Assembly: GCA_963842085.1 (NCBI GenBank) | Contig: CAWJET010000002.1 | Coordinates: 1,152,001-1,216,000, forward strand | Length of the DNA: 64,000 nt | From: an uncultured delta proteobacterium | Lineage (GTDB): Bacteria > Desulfobacterota > Binatia > Binatales > Binataceae | Direction of reading: 5' to 3' | In this document: positions 1 to 9,847 of the stretch, piece by piece | Layout of the letters: every line of letters starts with the position of its first letter | Position numbering within the stretch: the first letter of the stretch is position 1 | Notes under the pieces: model-generated | What the model was told of the DNA's origin: nothing | The model's input: the letters and a program-made list of their open reading frames with translations, nothing else | The model's database searches: none | Translations under genes and position numbers: made by a program

Positions 1-27
1 ATTCGCGCGAGCCTGATAGTATCCTCG

Positions 28-1230
28 ATGTTACTCCCGCGGGCCGTAACTCCGGCCCCACGGCGGAGTTATGCCGTTGGGGAGTTAGAAGGCAATCTCA
101 CGTTGAAGCGATGGTGCGCGACAACTCTCCTCCCGACGCTCGCACTGCTTGCGATTGCCGGATGCTCGCACGGTCCCGCTGACACTTTCGGCGAGCACGA
201 GGCCGTGCCCATCCTGGCGGCCAAGGTGGAACAGAAAACCGTCGCCGACACGATCCATGCGATCGGCCGCGTCGAGGCTTATTCCACCGTGGACGTGAAG
301 GCGCAGATTAACGGCCAGGTCATGCAGGTGCACTTCCACCAGGGACAGAGCGTCAAGCAGGGCGACCTGCTGTTCACGATCGATCCGCGCCCGTTCCAGG
401 TCGCGTTGCATCAGGCCGAAGCGAACCTGGCGAAGGATCGCGCGCAATACCGGCAAGCCGCGGCCGACCAGCAGCGCTACTCGTTTCTGCTCAAGCAGGG
501 CGTCGGCTCGCAACAGCAATACGATCAAGCCGAGGCTGCGGCGGGATCGCTCAAAGCCGCGATGGAAGCCGACGACGCGGCCGTGCAGACCGCCAAATTA
601 AATCTTGACTACACCGAGATTCGCGCGCCGATCGACGGCCGCACCGGCGACCTGCTGGTTCACGCCGGCAACCTGGTCAAGCCCGACGCCGACACCGCGA
701 TGGTCGTTATCAACCAGGTGCGTCCGGTGTACGTCGACTTCGCGATTCCCGAGCAGAAGCTGCCGGCCGTGCGCGAGTACATGGCGGAGCGCAAGCTCCC
801 GGTCCAGGTCTCGCTGCCCGAGCAGCAAGGCCCGCTCGAGTCGGGCGAGCTGAGCTTCGTCGATAACAGCGTCGATGCGAAGACCGGCACGATAAATCTC
901 AAAGGACTGTTCACCAACGCCGACGGCCGGCTGTGGCCGGGCGAGTTCGTCAACGCGACGCTGGTTCTGCACGAGCACCCGGGCGCGATCCTGGTGCCGT
1001 CGCAGGCGGTCCAGACCGGCCAGCAGGGTTCGTTCGTCTTCGTCGTGCAGCCGGGGATGAAGGCCGAGATCAGGCCGGTCGTCATCGGCGAATCGATCGA
1101 CAACCACACCGTCATCACCAGTGGACTCAAGCCCGGCGAAACCGTCGTGACCGACGGCCAGCTCAGGCTGATTCCCGGCGCCAAGGTCACGATCAAAAGC
1201 GGCCTGACCGAGACCGGGGCCTCTTCATGA
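28..1230 (+). CDS. RND efflux periplasmic adaptor subunit (MdtA-like lipoprotein)
   Basis: Lipobox-like IAGC, barrel-sandwich hybrid motifs (VKQGDLLFTID, IRAPIDGR), SVDAKTGT. The true start may be slightly downstream. Confidence 0.93.
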   Translation: MLLPRAVTPAPRRSYAVGELEGNLTLKRWCATTLLPTLALLAIAGCSHGPADTFGEHEAVPILAAKVEQKTVADTIHAIGRVEAYSTVDVKAQINGQVMQVHFHQGQSVKQGDLLFTIDPRPFQVALHQAEANLAKDRAQYRQAAADQQRYSFLLKQGVGSQQQYDQAEAAAGSLKAAMEADDAAVQTAKLNLDYTEIRAPIDGRTGDLLVHAGNLVKPDADTAMVVINQVRPVYVDFAIPEQKLPAVREYMAERKLPVQVSLPEQQGPLESGELSFVDNSVDAKTGTINLKGLFTNADGRLWPGEFVNATLVLHEHPGAILVPSQAVQTGQQGSFVFVVQPGMKAEIRPVVIGESIDNHTVITSGLKPGETVVTDGQLRLIPGAKVTIKSGLTETGASS

Positions 1231-4200
1231 ACATCGCCGAAGCCTTCATTCGCCGCCCTGTGATGACGACGCTGAGTTCGCTGGCGATCGTGCTGTTCGG
1301 CCTGATGGCGTACCGCTATCTGCCGGTGAACGATCTGCCCAACGTCGATTTCCCAACCATCGTGGTCAGCGCGTCGCTGCCGGGCGCCAGTCCCGAGACG
1401 ATGGCTTCGTCGGTGGCGACTCCGCTCGAAAAGCAGTTCTCGACGATCGCCGGGCTGGACTCGATGACCTCGACCAACATCCAGGGCTCGACCAACATCA
1501 CGCTGCAGTTCAACCTGACGCGGAACATCGACGCCGGTGCGCAGGACGTGCAGGCCGCGATCGCCGAGACGCAGGCCCAACTGCCGCAAGGGATGCCGAG
1601 TCCGCCCTCGTATCGCAAAGTCAACCCGGCCGACCAGCCGGTGCTCTATCTCGGCCTCAGCTCGACCACGATGCCGATTTCGCAGGTCGATGAGTACGCC
1701 GAGACCTACCTCGCCGAGCGCATCTCGATGGTCTCCGGCGTGGCGCAGGTGCAGGTCTACGGATCGCAAAAGTACGCCGTGCGGATTCAGCTCGATCCCA
1801 AGGCGCTGGCGACGCGCGGCATCGGCATCGATGAAGTTGCGAGCGCGATCCAGAACGCCAACGTCGATCTGCCGACTGGTACGCTCTACGGCTCACACCA
1901 GGCATTCACCGTCGATACCAAGGGCCAGTTGACCAATGCGGCTGCGTACCGCTCGCTGATCGTCGCGTACCAGAACGGCTCTCCGGTGCGGCTCGAGGAC
2001 CTCGGCCGCGTGCTCGACAGCGTGCAGAACGACAAGACCGCGGGCTGGGCCGACGGCGAGCGATCGGTCGTGCTCGCGGTGCAGCGCCAGCCGGGCACCA
2101 ACACGGTCGAAGTGGTCGACAACGTAATGCGCCTGATTCCCTCCTTCCGGGCTGAAGTTCCGGCCGGGCTGCATATCATCGTGCTGGGCGACCACGCGGA
2201 GACTATTCGCGCGTCGGTCAACGACGTCCAATACACCCTGCTGCTCACCATCTTCCTGGTCGTGATGGTGATCTTCCTGTTCCTGCGCAACCTCTCGGCA
2301 ACCATCATCCCGAGTCTCGCGCTGCCGATGTCCATCATCGGCACCTTCGCCGTCATGTGGACGCTCAACTACTCGCTCGACAACCTCTCGCTGATGGCGG
2401 TCACGCTCGCCGTCGGATTCGTGGTGGACGACGCCATCGTCATGCTCGAGAACATCGTGCGCCACCTGGAGATGGGCAAGGACGTGCTGACCGCGGCGCT
2501 CGACGGCTCCAGCGAAATCGGTTTCACCATCCTCTCGATGACTTTCTCGCTGGCCGCGGTGTTCATCCCGGTGCTGTTCATGGGCGGCATCCTCGGCCGC
2601 CTGCTGCACGAATTCGCGGTCACGATCGGCGCGGCTATTCTGGTGTCGGGCTTCGTCTCGCTGACTTTGACTCCGATGCTGTGTTCGCGCTTTCTGCGCC
2701 CGCCGGGGGCCGAGCGACACGGCAGGTTTTACGCCGTGACCGAGCGTTGGTTCGATCGGATGCTCGACGCCTACCAGCGCAGCCTGGCGTGGGTAATGCG
2801 CCATCGACGCGCGACCATGTATTTCTCCGGCGTGCTGCTGCTGTCGACGATCTACATGTTCTACGCGATTCCCAAGGGCTTCCTGCCGTCGGAAGACGCC
2901 GACCAGTTGATCATTTTCACGCTCGCAGCCCAGGGAATTTCCTTCGACTCGATGGTCGAGCATCAGCTCGCCGCCGCCAGCTTGATCAAGGATGATCCGA
3001 ACATCAAAAGCTACTTCGTCAGCGTCGGCGCGGGCGGACCGGGCGGCGCCACCAATTCAGGCATCATATTTCTGCACCTGAAGCCGGCCTCGGAGCGGAA
3101 ACTCAGCGTCGATCAGTTGATTACGAAGTGGCGGCCGCTCCTGAACAGCGTGCCGGGGCTGCGCGTGTTCCTGCAGAATCCGCCGCCCATCAGTATCGGC
3201 TCGCAATTCACGCGCAGCATGTACCAGATGACCTTGCAGAGCCAGAATACCGCCGCGCTCTACAAGTACGCGCCGATGCTCGAGTCGAAACTGCGCCAAT
3301 TGCCCGATCTGCGCGGCGTCAACAGCGACCTCCAGGTCGATAATCCGCAGATCACCGTCGATATCGATCGCGACAAGGCGCACTCGCTGGGCGTATCGGC
3401 CAATGCGATCGAAGACGCGCTCTACGACGCCTACGGCTCGCGCCAGATCTCCACCATCTACGCGCCCAACGACGAGTACTGGGTGATCATGGAAGTCCTG
3501 CCGCAGTATCAAGCCAATCCGTCCACCCTCTCACTCCTCTACGTTCGTTCGTCCAGCGGAGAGCTGGTGCCGCTCGACACCGTGGTCAAGTTCACGCGCT
3601 CGCTGGGGCCGTTGCAGATCAATCATTCGGGGCAGCTCCCTTCGGCCACCATTTCATTCGACGTCGCACCCGGCGTGTCGCTGGGCAAGGCGCTCGGCGA
3701 GGTCCACCAGCTCGCGGCTGCCACGCTGCCCGACAGCATCACCACCAGTTTCCAGGGCACCGCGCAGGCGTTCGAGTCGTCGCTGTCCGGGCTCGGTGTG
3801 TTGCTGGTGATGACGATCCTCGTGATCTACCTGGTGCTCGGCGTGCTCTACGAAAGCTTCGTCCATCCGATCACGATTCTCTCCGGCCTGCCCTCGGCCG
3901 GCTTCGGCGCGCTGATGACGCTGTGGCTTTTCGGCATGGAGCTCGACCTGTTCGCGTTCGTCGGCGTCATCATGCTGGTCGGCCTGGTCAAGAAAAACGC
4001 CATCATGATGATCGACTTCGCGCTCGACGCGCAGCGCACGGAAGGCAAGTCGCCGGCCGACGCGATCTTCGAGGGCTGCATCATCCGCTTCCGGCCGATC
4101 ATGATGACCACGATGGCGGCGCTGATGGGGACTTTGCCGATCGCGATTGGGCTGGGCGCCGGCGGCTCGTCGCGCCGCCCGCTGGGCGTGGCGGTAGTCG

Positions 4201-4391
4201 GCGGCCTGTTCTTCTCCCAGTTCCTGACGCTCTACATAACTCCGGTCTTCTACACCTACATGGAGGCGTTCCTGGCCCGTTACAACGCATGGCGCGAAGG
4301 CGGCCAGCTTGTGCCCGCGACCCGGCCCGCAGCCGCGAAAATCGCAAGCGCGCCAGCCGCCGACCCGGCCGACGGCCGCCTCGCGTCCTGA
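1227..4391 (+). CDS. RND efflux permease subunit (MdtB/C, AcrB family)
   Basis: ATG overlaps the adaptor stop (ATGA). Motifs FIRRPVMT, LPNVDFPTI, GFVVDDAIVMLENI, RFRPIMMTT. Confidence 0.96.
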   Translation: MNIAEAFIRRPVMTTLSSLAIVLFGLMAYRYLPVNDLPNVDFPTIVVSASLPGASPETMASSVATPLEKQFSTIAGLDSMTSTNIQGSTNITLQFNLTRNIDAGAQDVQAAIAETQAQLPQGMPSPPSYRKVNPADQPVLYLGLSSTTMPISQVDEYAETYLAERISMVSGVAQVQVYGSQKYAVRIQLDPKALATRGIGIDEVASAIQNANVDLPTGTLYGSHQAFTVDTKGQLTNAAAYRSLIVAYQNGSPVRLEDLGRVLDSVQNDKTAGWADGERSVVLAVQRQPGTNTVEVVDNVMRLIPSFRAEVPAGLHIIVLGDHAETIRASVNDVQYTLLLTIFLVVMVIFLFLRNLSATIIPSLALPMSIIGTFAVMWTLNYSLDNLSLMAVTLAVGFVVDDAIVMLENIVRHLEMGKDVLTAALDGSSEIGFTILSMTFSLAAVFIPVLFMGGILGRLLHEFAVTIGAAILVSGFVSLTLTPMLCSRFLRPPGAERHGRFYAVTERWFDRMLDAYQRSLAWVMRHRRATMYFSGVLLLSTIYMFYAIPKGFLPSEDADQLIIFTLAAQGISFDSMVEHQLAAASLIKDDPNIKSYFVSVGAGGPGGATNSGIIFLHLKPASERKLSVDQLITKWRPLLNSVPGLRVFLQNPPPISIGSQFTRSMYQMTLQSQNTAALYKYAPMLESKLRQLPDLRGVNSDLQVDNPQITVDIDRDKAHSLGVSANAIEDALYDAYGSRQISTIYAPNDEYWVIMEVLPQYQANPSTLSLLYVRSSSGELVPLDTVVKFTRSLGPLQINHSGQLPSATISFDVAPGVSLGKALGEVHQLAAATLPDSITTSFQGTAQAFESSLSGLGVLLVMTILVIYLVLGVLYESFVHPITILSGLPSAGFGALMTLWLFGMELDLFAFVGVIMLVGLVKKNAIMMIDFALDAQRTEGKSPADAIFEGCIIRFRPIMMTTMAALMGTLPIAIGLGAGGSSRRPLGVAVVGGLFFSQFLTLYITPVFYTYMEAFLARYNAWREGGQLVPATRPAAAKIASAPAADPADGRLAS

Positions 4392-4444
4392 CGCCGGGGT
4401 TTTAGATAAAGAAGGATCCAATGCGAGAGGACCGAAAGAAATCC

Positions 4445-4852
4445 ATGTCGCGAGTGCGCGTTCGGTCTCAGCCACTGATTGCCGTCCGCGACGTACGCGC
4501 GAGCAGCCGCTGGTACAAACGACTGCTCGGTGTCGACACGCTCCCGGAGCATGAGCATCGCGATAGCTATGATCGGATGCTTTGTGATGGTCAGCTGGTC
4601 CTCCAGCTCCACGCGTGGGACGAGGAGGATCACCCTAATCTTGTCAATGCGGACGCGGCGCCACATGGACATGGGGTATTGCTCTGGTTCGAGGTGGACG
4701 ACTTCGATGCGGCCGTCGAACGAGCTCGCTCGCTCCAGGTCGAAGTCATCGAGGAGCCGCACGTCAACCCAAATTCCGGAGATCGCGAGATGTGGCTCCG
4801 CGACCCCGACGGCTACGTGGTAGTGATCGCAAGTCCTGATCGATCAGCTTAG
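4445..4852 (+). CDS. VOC/glyoxalase family protein
   Basis: IAVRDV..S..WY..LLG, LWFEVDDFDAA, LRDPDGY motifs. Alternative start at 4421. Confidence 0.85.
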   Translation: MSRVRVRSQPLIAVRDVRASSRWYKRLLGVDTLPEHEHRDSYDRMLCDGQLVLQLHAWDEEDHPNLVNADAAPHGHGVLLWFEVDDFDAAVERARSLQVEVIEEPHVNPNSGDREMWLRDPDGYVVVIASPDRSA

Positions 4853-5959
4853 CCGGTAAAACCGCAACGCGTTCCGGGTCAGGATGTTATCGCGCGCGCT
4901 CGCCGACAACGTCCCCAGCGCCCGGGTCACCTCGCGCACCACACCCGGATACGTGCAATCGAAGTGCGGGTAGTCCGAGCCCCACAGCACGTTGCGCTCG
5001 ACGCCCAGATCAATCATCGCCTTGAGCGTGCTCTCGTCCGGATCCATCGACACGTAGCATCGCTCGGCGAAGTACTCGCTGGGCTTGCGCTTCAGCCACG
5101 GCACGTAGCTGCCCATTTTCTCGTAGTGACTATCCATCCGATCGAGCCAATAGCCCAGCCATCCGATGCCCGACTCGAGGAAGCCGACCGTCAGTTTTGG
5201 AAATCGTGCAAGCACCCCGCCGCAAACTATATCCATGCAGGCCGCCTGCTGCTCGAACGGATGACAAACCATGTGGAAGAAGAAGGGGTCGTGGTAGCGA
5301 TCGCCGCCCATCGTGGGCATGCGCGTACCGAAACTGCCGTGGATGGCCACTGGAATGTCCAGTTCTTGCGCCTCGCGCCAGAACGGATCGTAGGCCGGGT
5401 CGTTGAGGCGGCGCCCGTTGAACGGATTGGGCCTGACGAACACCGCCTTGAAGCCAAGATCGCGCACGACGCGGCGCATCTCGCGCACCGCCTCATCCAC
5501 GCTTTGAACCGGCATCGGCGCGACGCCGAACAACCGTTTCGGAAAGGGCTTGCAGAAATCGGCCAGCCAGTTGTTGTAGGCACGGCACGCCGCCGCGGCG
5601 AGTTGCGGATCGGTCAGATCGCCGTAGAGCAGCCACAACGACGGGTAAAGAACCGCTACGTCGATCCCTTCTTCGTCCATAACCTTGATGCGAGCGTGAG
5701 GATCGTAGCCGCCGGGCAGGATGTCGTCCCAGGTGAGTTTGCGCGCGCGCTCGAGGTCCGAGAGTCCGCCCGGCGTCATCGACGCCGCCACCGGCAGCGA
5801 CGGCCGGCTGCGATTCTCGCCGTCGATCCACAGTTCGTCGCCACCGTCGCGATTGCGGCGAATCTGGATCATGCGCTCGCGGAATTGCGGTTCGGCGTAA
5901 TCCTGCCAGAGCGCGCGTGGCTCGACGATATGCCCGTCGGCGTCGATTATCCGGGTCAT
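4844..5959 (-). CDS. Amidohydrolase 2 family protein
   Basis: IIDADGH, PVAIH, FLESGIGW, WGSDYPH. Confidence 0.92.
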   Translation of the reverse strand: MTRIIDADGHIVEPRALWQDYAEPQFRERMIQIRRNRDGGDELWIDGENRSRPSLPVAASMTPGGLSDLERARKLTWDDILPGGYDPHARIKVMDEEGIDVAVLYPSLWLLYGDLTDPQLAAAACRAYNNWLADFCKPFPKRLFGVAPMPVQSVDEAVREMRRVVRDLGFKAVFVRPNPFNGRRLNDPAYDPFWREAQELDIPVAIHGSFGTRMPTMGGDRYHDPFFFHMVCHPFEQQAACMDIVCGGVLARFPKLTVGFLESGIGWLGYWLDRMDSHYEKMGSYVPWLKRKPSEYFAERCYVSMDPDESTLKAMIDLGVERNVLWGSDYPHFDCTYPGVVREVTRALGTLSASARDNILTRNALRFYRLS

Positions 5960-6017
5960 GAGCGAATTCCTCCTTGAAGGCGGAGTACTCAGATCAATGA
6001 CGCGTCGGGCGGTATTG

Positions 6018-6584
6018 TCAAGAAAGACGGGCGCCAGACCATTCCTCGCGGATCACCGCATACTGGTATTCGTCGCACCACTCGCCCTTGAACCACGCGT
6101 TATGGAGGAAATGCCCTTCTTGTCTCATCCCGAGCCGCTCCATCAGCGCGATGGACGGACCGTTGCGACAATCCGTGGTCGCGATGACGCGGTTCAGCCG
6201 GAGCGCATCGAAAGCAAAATCCACTACGGCTCGGACGGCCTCGGTCGCCAGTCCGCTGTGCTGGTATTCGCGCGCAAAGGTGTAACCGATTTCGCCGATT
6301 CGCGGCGTCGTTCTGATCACCAACAGGGCGCAATCGCCCGCGAGCACGCCGTCCGCTTTGACCTCTGCCGCGAACTGAAACCATTTCCCGGGGACGCCGG
6401 GCCGGTGGCGGCTTTGCTGCGTGATGAATCTCGCCGCCTCGGCGCGCGAGATCGATTCCCATGACTGGTAGCGCGCAACCTCGCGATCGTTTCGGTAGGC
6501 CATGAAGCTCGCGAGGTCTGAATCGCGAAACCGCCTAAGTATCAAGCGCGGGGTCTCGAGACTGATGAATGTTCGCGTGTTCAC
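6018..6584 (-). CDS. GNAT RimJ/RimL-type acetyltransferase
   Basis: LETPRLILR, EIGYTFAREYQHSGLATEA, N..SI.LMERLG. Confidence 0.9.
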   Translation of the reverse strand: MNTRTFISLETPRLILRRFRDSDLASFMAYRNDREVARYQSWESISRAEAARFITQQSRHRPGVPGKWFQFAAEVKADGVLAGDCALLVIRTTPRIGEIGYTFAREYQHSGLATEAVRAVVDFAFDALRLNRVIATTDCRNGPSIALMERLGMRQEGHFLHNAWFKGEWCDEYQYAVIREEWSGARLS

Positions 6585-6595
6585 CAGTAGATACG

Positions 6596-6853
6596 CTATT
6601 CGAACGCCTCACCAATAAGGTGGAAGGGATAAATTATCGCCGTTCCAATCGCGCTCAGGACGCCGCCGGAATTGCCCGATGAACTCGGGGACGGCACCGG
6701 CGTCGGCATGCTGGACGGATCGCGCGCTTCATCCGAGATAGAGGCGTATGGAGGCGCCGTTTCATAAGTAGTCTCCGTCGTGCATCCCGCCGCGAGCGCG
6801 ATCGCGCCGCCAACAATCGCGGCCGCGAGGATCGATTTCCGCCTTCCCGTCAC
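6596..6853 (-). CDS. Small lipoprotein, unknown function
   Basis: Signal peptide with LAAGC lipobox; GAAAGGAAG-like RBS upstream. Confidence 0.7.
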   Translation of the reverse strand: MTGRRKSILAAAIVGGAIALAAGCTTETTYETAPPYASISDEARDPSSMPTPVPSPSSSGNSGGVLSAIGTAIIYPFHLIGEAFE

Positions 6854-6929
6854 TCGCTTCCTTTCGGCGCTCCGCTAATCACGGTATCGGCAGCGGAGTA
6901 CGGTTTCAACGCGCGGCTGATTTCAATGG

Positions 6930-7244
6930 GTGGACCTGCACGGGCCAGCGACGGGAGGTCGCCGATTTGCCGGACTGAGAGAAAGAAGACCGAGCGAACT
7001 TCTTGCACAAAAGTACTTGCTGACACTGGGATTTGGCGACGGCAGCTCGATAGCGCTCAGTGGCGGCAACAGCGTCGCGATCGACGACGGCACTACGCAA
7101 AACTACCAGACGCTGCCGAGCCGCGTGACGCTAATCAGCAGTGACGTTCATACGATCGTTCCCGACAAGACGACCGGGCAGCAGCACAGTATCGAAGTGG
7201 ATACTCCGAATACGAAGTCGACCGGGCCTTCGCCGGACCAATAG
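6930..7244 (+). CDS. Hypothetical protein, possibly an N-terminally truncated fragment
   Basis: The C-terminal half has protein-like beta-strand composition; the start is uncertain. Confidence 0.35.
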   Translation: MDLHGPATGGRRFAGLRERRPSELLAQKYLLTLGFGDGSSIALSGGNSVAIDDGTTQNYQTLPSRVTLISSDVHTIVPDKTTGQQHSIEVDTPNTKSTGPSPDQ

Positions 7245-7252
7245 CCGGGCTG

Positions 7253-8698
7253 CTAGCGGGCGCGCAACTGATCGCCCGGCACCCACGTCGAGTGGAACCC
7301 GACCGGCACGCGCTGCGGAATCTGAACGCGCGCGATCGGACCCGCCGCGAAATTCTTCGCGTCGATTATGACGACCTCGCCGCTGTTCTTTGCGGCAGCG
7401 TCCGCGACGAACGTCACGACGTAGCCGTCGTCTTCGTCCCGCGCGCCGATGCGCGGCGCGAACGGCGCTTCATTCGAAGTTCGACCCGCGCCAAACAGGT
7501 GTTTCTCCGAGGTCCCGCGAACGGTGTCGTACTTCACCAGCCCTTCATAGTGCGGCACACATGAGTTGTACGCATAGCGCGACTTGCGGCCCATCTTGTG
7601 CCGGTTGATCGTGGGCCATTCGGTCTTTTCGTCGTCGAGCTGCTCTTCGCTCACCGCGCCCGTCACGAGGTTGAACCGCCAGCGGCACAGTTGAGCCTCG
7701 AGGCGCAGGAACGCGCGCATCCGTGCGAGCTCTCCTTCACCGCGCTTCGCGCCCGGCTCCGCCTGGATCACGCGGCACGCTTCCATCACGAACTCGTCGC
7801 CGTCCTCCCACGCGTTGACTACGTGGTAGATATAGCAGGGCGACGCCTCGAACCATCTCACGTCGGCGTTGGTTCCGTAGCGCGGCAGGATGCCGAACCG
7901 GCTCGGCAGTTCCGGGTAATAGGTAACCTTGTGCACCTTGCGCTCGAGCAGTTGCGGGTCCCAGAACAGCGGCAGGTCCATGAGCAACGAGTAATGTTCG
8001 GTGAACGCCATGTCATGCGGCAGGCGCGAGCCGGGAAGCTCGATCGGCGCATGATGGGTCAGTTCGCCGCGCGCCGAGACGACGTTGTAGGTCATGTACG
8101 GCGGCGTGGTCGCATAGTCGAAGAACAGCAGCTCGCCGCTCACCGGATCGACCTTAGCGTGCGCGGACACGGCCCGCTCGAGCTTGCCGCCGAAGCGCTC
8201 GACGCCGAGCGTTTCCAGCGTGCGCGGATCGAGCTTGTACGGCAGCCCGCACTGATACCAGAGCGCCAGCGCGTAGCCGTTGTGAAATACGAGGTCGGTG
8301 TTGGCGGAATCCTTGAGCCATCCGTCGGAACCGGCGCCGCGCGGAACGCTGGGATCGGGACGATCCATCAGGCCCGGCCATATCGTGCGCTTGGCATCCT
8401 GCTCGGCGGCGAACCCTTCGGTGCGAATCCAGCGGTTGCGATAGGCCGCCTTGCCATCATGGAATTCGATGCCGTGCACCATGCCGTCGCCGTCGAACCA
8501 ATGGTAGCGGCCGCGCGGCTGAAAGATCGGATTAGGCCCGTTGCGCAGATACGCGCCGTCGAGGTCGTTGGGAATCTCACCGATGACAGTCAAATCGTCG
8601 GCGGTAATCTCAGTTGAGATCGGCGCATAGATTCCCTTGAGGAACGGATTCTCGCCCGGCTCGATCTGAATAGGAATTTCGCGCTCGATCTTAACCAT
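7253..8698 (-). CDS. Carotenoid cleavage oxygenase (RPE65 family)
   Basis: YLRNGPNP, HWFDGDGMVH, four Fe-ligand His motifs (SAHAK, PHDM, IYHVVN, GFHST). Confidence 0.93.
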   Translation of the reverse strand: MVKIEREIPIQIEPGENPFLKGIYAPISTEITADDLTVIGEIPNDLDGAYLRNGPNPIFQPRGRYHWFDGDGMVHGIEFHDGKAAYRNRWIRTEGFAAEQDAKRTIWPGLMDRPDPSVPRGAGSDGWLKDSANTDLVFHNGYALALWYQCGLPYKLDPRTLETLGVERFGGKLERAVSAHAKVDPVSGELLFFDYATTPPYMTYNVVSARGELTHHAPIELPGSRLPHDMAFTEHYSLLMDLPLFWDPQLLERKVHKVTYYPELPSRFGILPRYGTNADVRWFEASPCYIYHVVNAWEDGDEFVMEACRVIQAEPGAKRGEGELARMRAFLRLEAQLCRWRFNLVTGAVSEEQLDDEKTEWPTINRHKMGRKSRYAYNSCVPHYEGLVKYDTVRGTSEKHLFGAGRTSNEAPFAPRIGARDEDDGYVVTFVADAAAKNSGEVVIIDAKNFAAGPIARVQIPQRVPVGFHSTWVPGDQLRAR

Positions 8699-8804
8699 GA
8701 TGCGCTCCGCCGCGTCCGCGTCAGCTGAGATATTCCGCAAGCGCGAGATTATCACGCACGCAGGCTGCGCAACAAAGCAGTCCGACGCTTATCGCCAGCG
8801 ACGC

Positions 8805-9206
8805 CTACGAGGGGAACTCCTTGAACTGGGGCAGCTTGTCGGTGATCTCGAACCACGGCGCCTTCGAGCCGACAAAGATGTGGGCTTCGGGGCGCACGCC
8901 GGGGTCTTCGTCGAGCGAGCCCAGGTACAGGAACAGGCTGTCCTTCATCGACTCCGCCGCGCCGGCCAGCGGCGAGCCGCAGTTCTTGCAGAACATGCGT
9001 TTTGCGCCGGGCGACGAGGCGTAGCTACCGAGCAGGTTCTCGCCCTTGGTCCATTTGAAATCCTTCGACGCGACCTGCGCCGCCGGTATGAACGCCGAGC
9101 CGCTGTTCTTGCGGCACATCGAGCAGTGACAATTTCCCGCATTTTCGAGCTTGCCGGTGATTTCGTATCGCACGCCGCCGCAGAGGCATCCGCCGTGAAG
9201 AGCCAT
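8805..9206 (-). CDS. GFA (CENP-V) family Zn protein
   Basis: GGCLCG, CHCSMCRK, FCKNCGS. Confidence 0.92.
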   Translation of the reverse strand: MALHGGCLCGGVRYEITGKLENAGNCHCSMCRKNSGSAFIPAAQVASKDFKWTKGENLLGSYASSPGAKRMFCKNCGSPLAGAAESMKDSLFLYLGSLDEDPGVRPEAHIFVGSKAPWFEITDKLPQFKEFPS

Positions 9207-9319
9207 CGTCGTTCCTCCATTTGGATTTTCAGCTTGGGTCTGCTTTTTCCGTATCTATTTCGATTTCGCGACTGAGGCAATCCAACGACGCGCGATGGCG
9301 GCGGCTCGTGTATCGTAGA

Positions 9320-9742
9320 TCAGTCCGTCGCCCGGCACCGGCGCGGAGGCTTCCGTTTCGGCGCAGGCCGTCCGTCCGCTTTGGGAACCTGAGCTCGCTC
9401 GATCAGATAAAGAAGGCCGTTCAGCTCTTCTCCGACCACGTACAACTTCCGCGAAGTGCGCGTGAGGGCTTGAGAGACTGACTTAACAAATACTCTCTCA
9501 ATCGCCACCATCTCCATTTCCTCCGCACCCTCGATGATTGCTTGGCGGACCGAGCGCAGTTGAAGGACTAGATTGGAACGGTCGATCTCGAAAATCCCGT
9601 CTTGATCCAATCGCGGATCGAAAGTCTCAGAAAGATTTGTACCCTGAGGAACATTACGCTTAACCATGACCGACAGGAGAGCACGGATTGTGCCACGGTC
9701 TTGAGGAAAAAAATGCTTTACGAATCTAGTGCGAGAGTCCAA
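9320..9742 (-). CDS. Hypothetical protein
   Basis: 140-aa ORF in a visibly lower-GC stretch, divergent from the sigma54 activator; start uncertain. Confidence 0.5.
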   Translation of the reverse strand: MDSRTRFVKHFFPQDRGTIRALLSVMVKRNVPQGTNLSETFDPRLDQDGIFEIDRSNLVLQLRSVRQAIIEGAEEMEMVAIERVFVKSVSQALTRTSRKLYVVGEELNGLLYLIERAQVPKADGRPAPKRKPPRRCRATD

Positions 9743-9847
9743 TGGTAACTACCTGACAATGAAGTCCCGTTGCGATAGATCGATCGCAGCGAAATTTCGT
9801 TGAGACAGAAGCAACGAAGTGGCGATCACTCCGCAGAGGGAAACGCC

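Noticed and set aside
933-1226. N-terminal extension of the RND permease in the ORF track
   Set aside because: It overlaps the adaptor gene; family similarity begins at the ATG at 1227.
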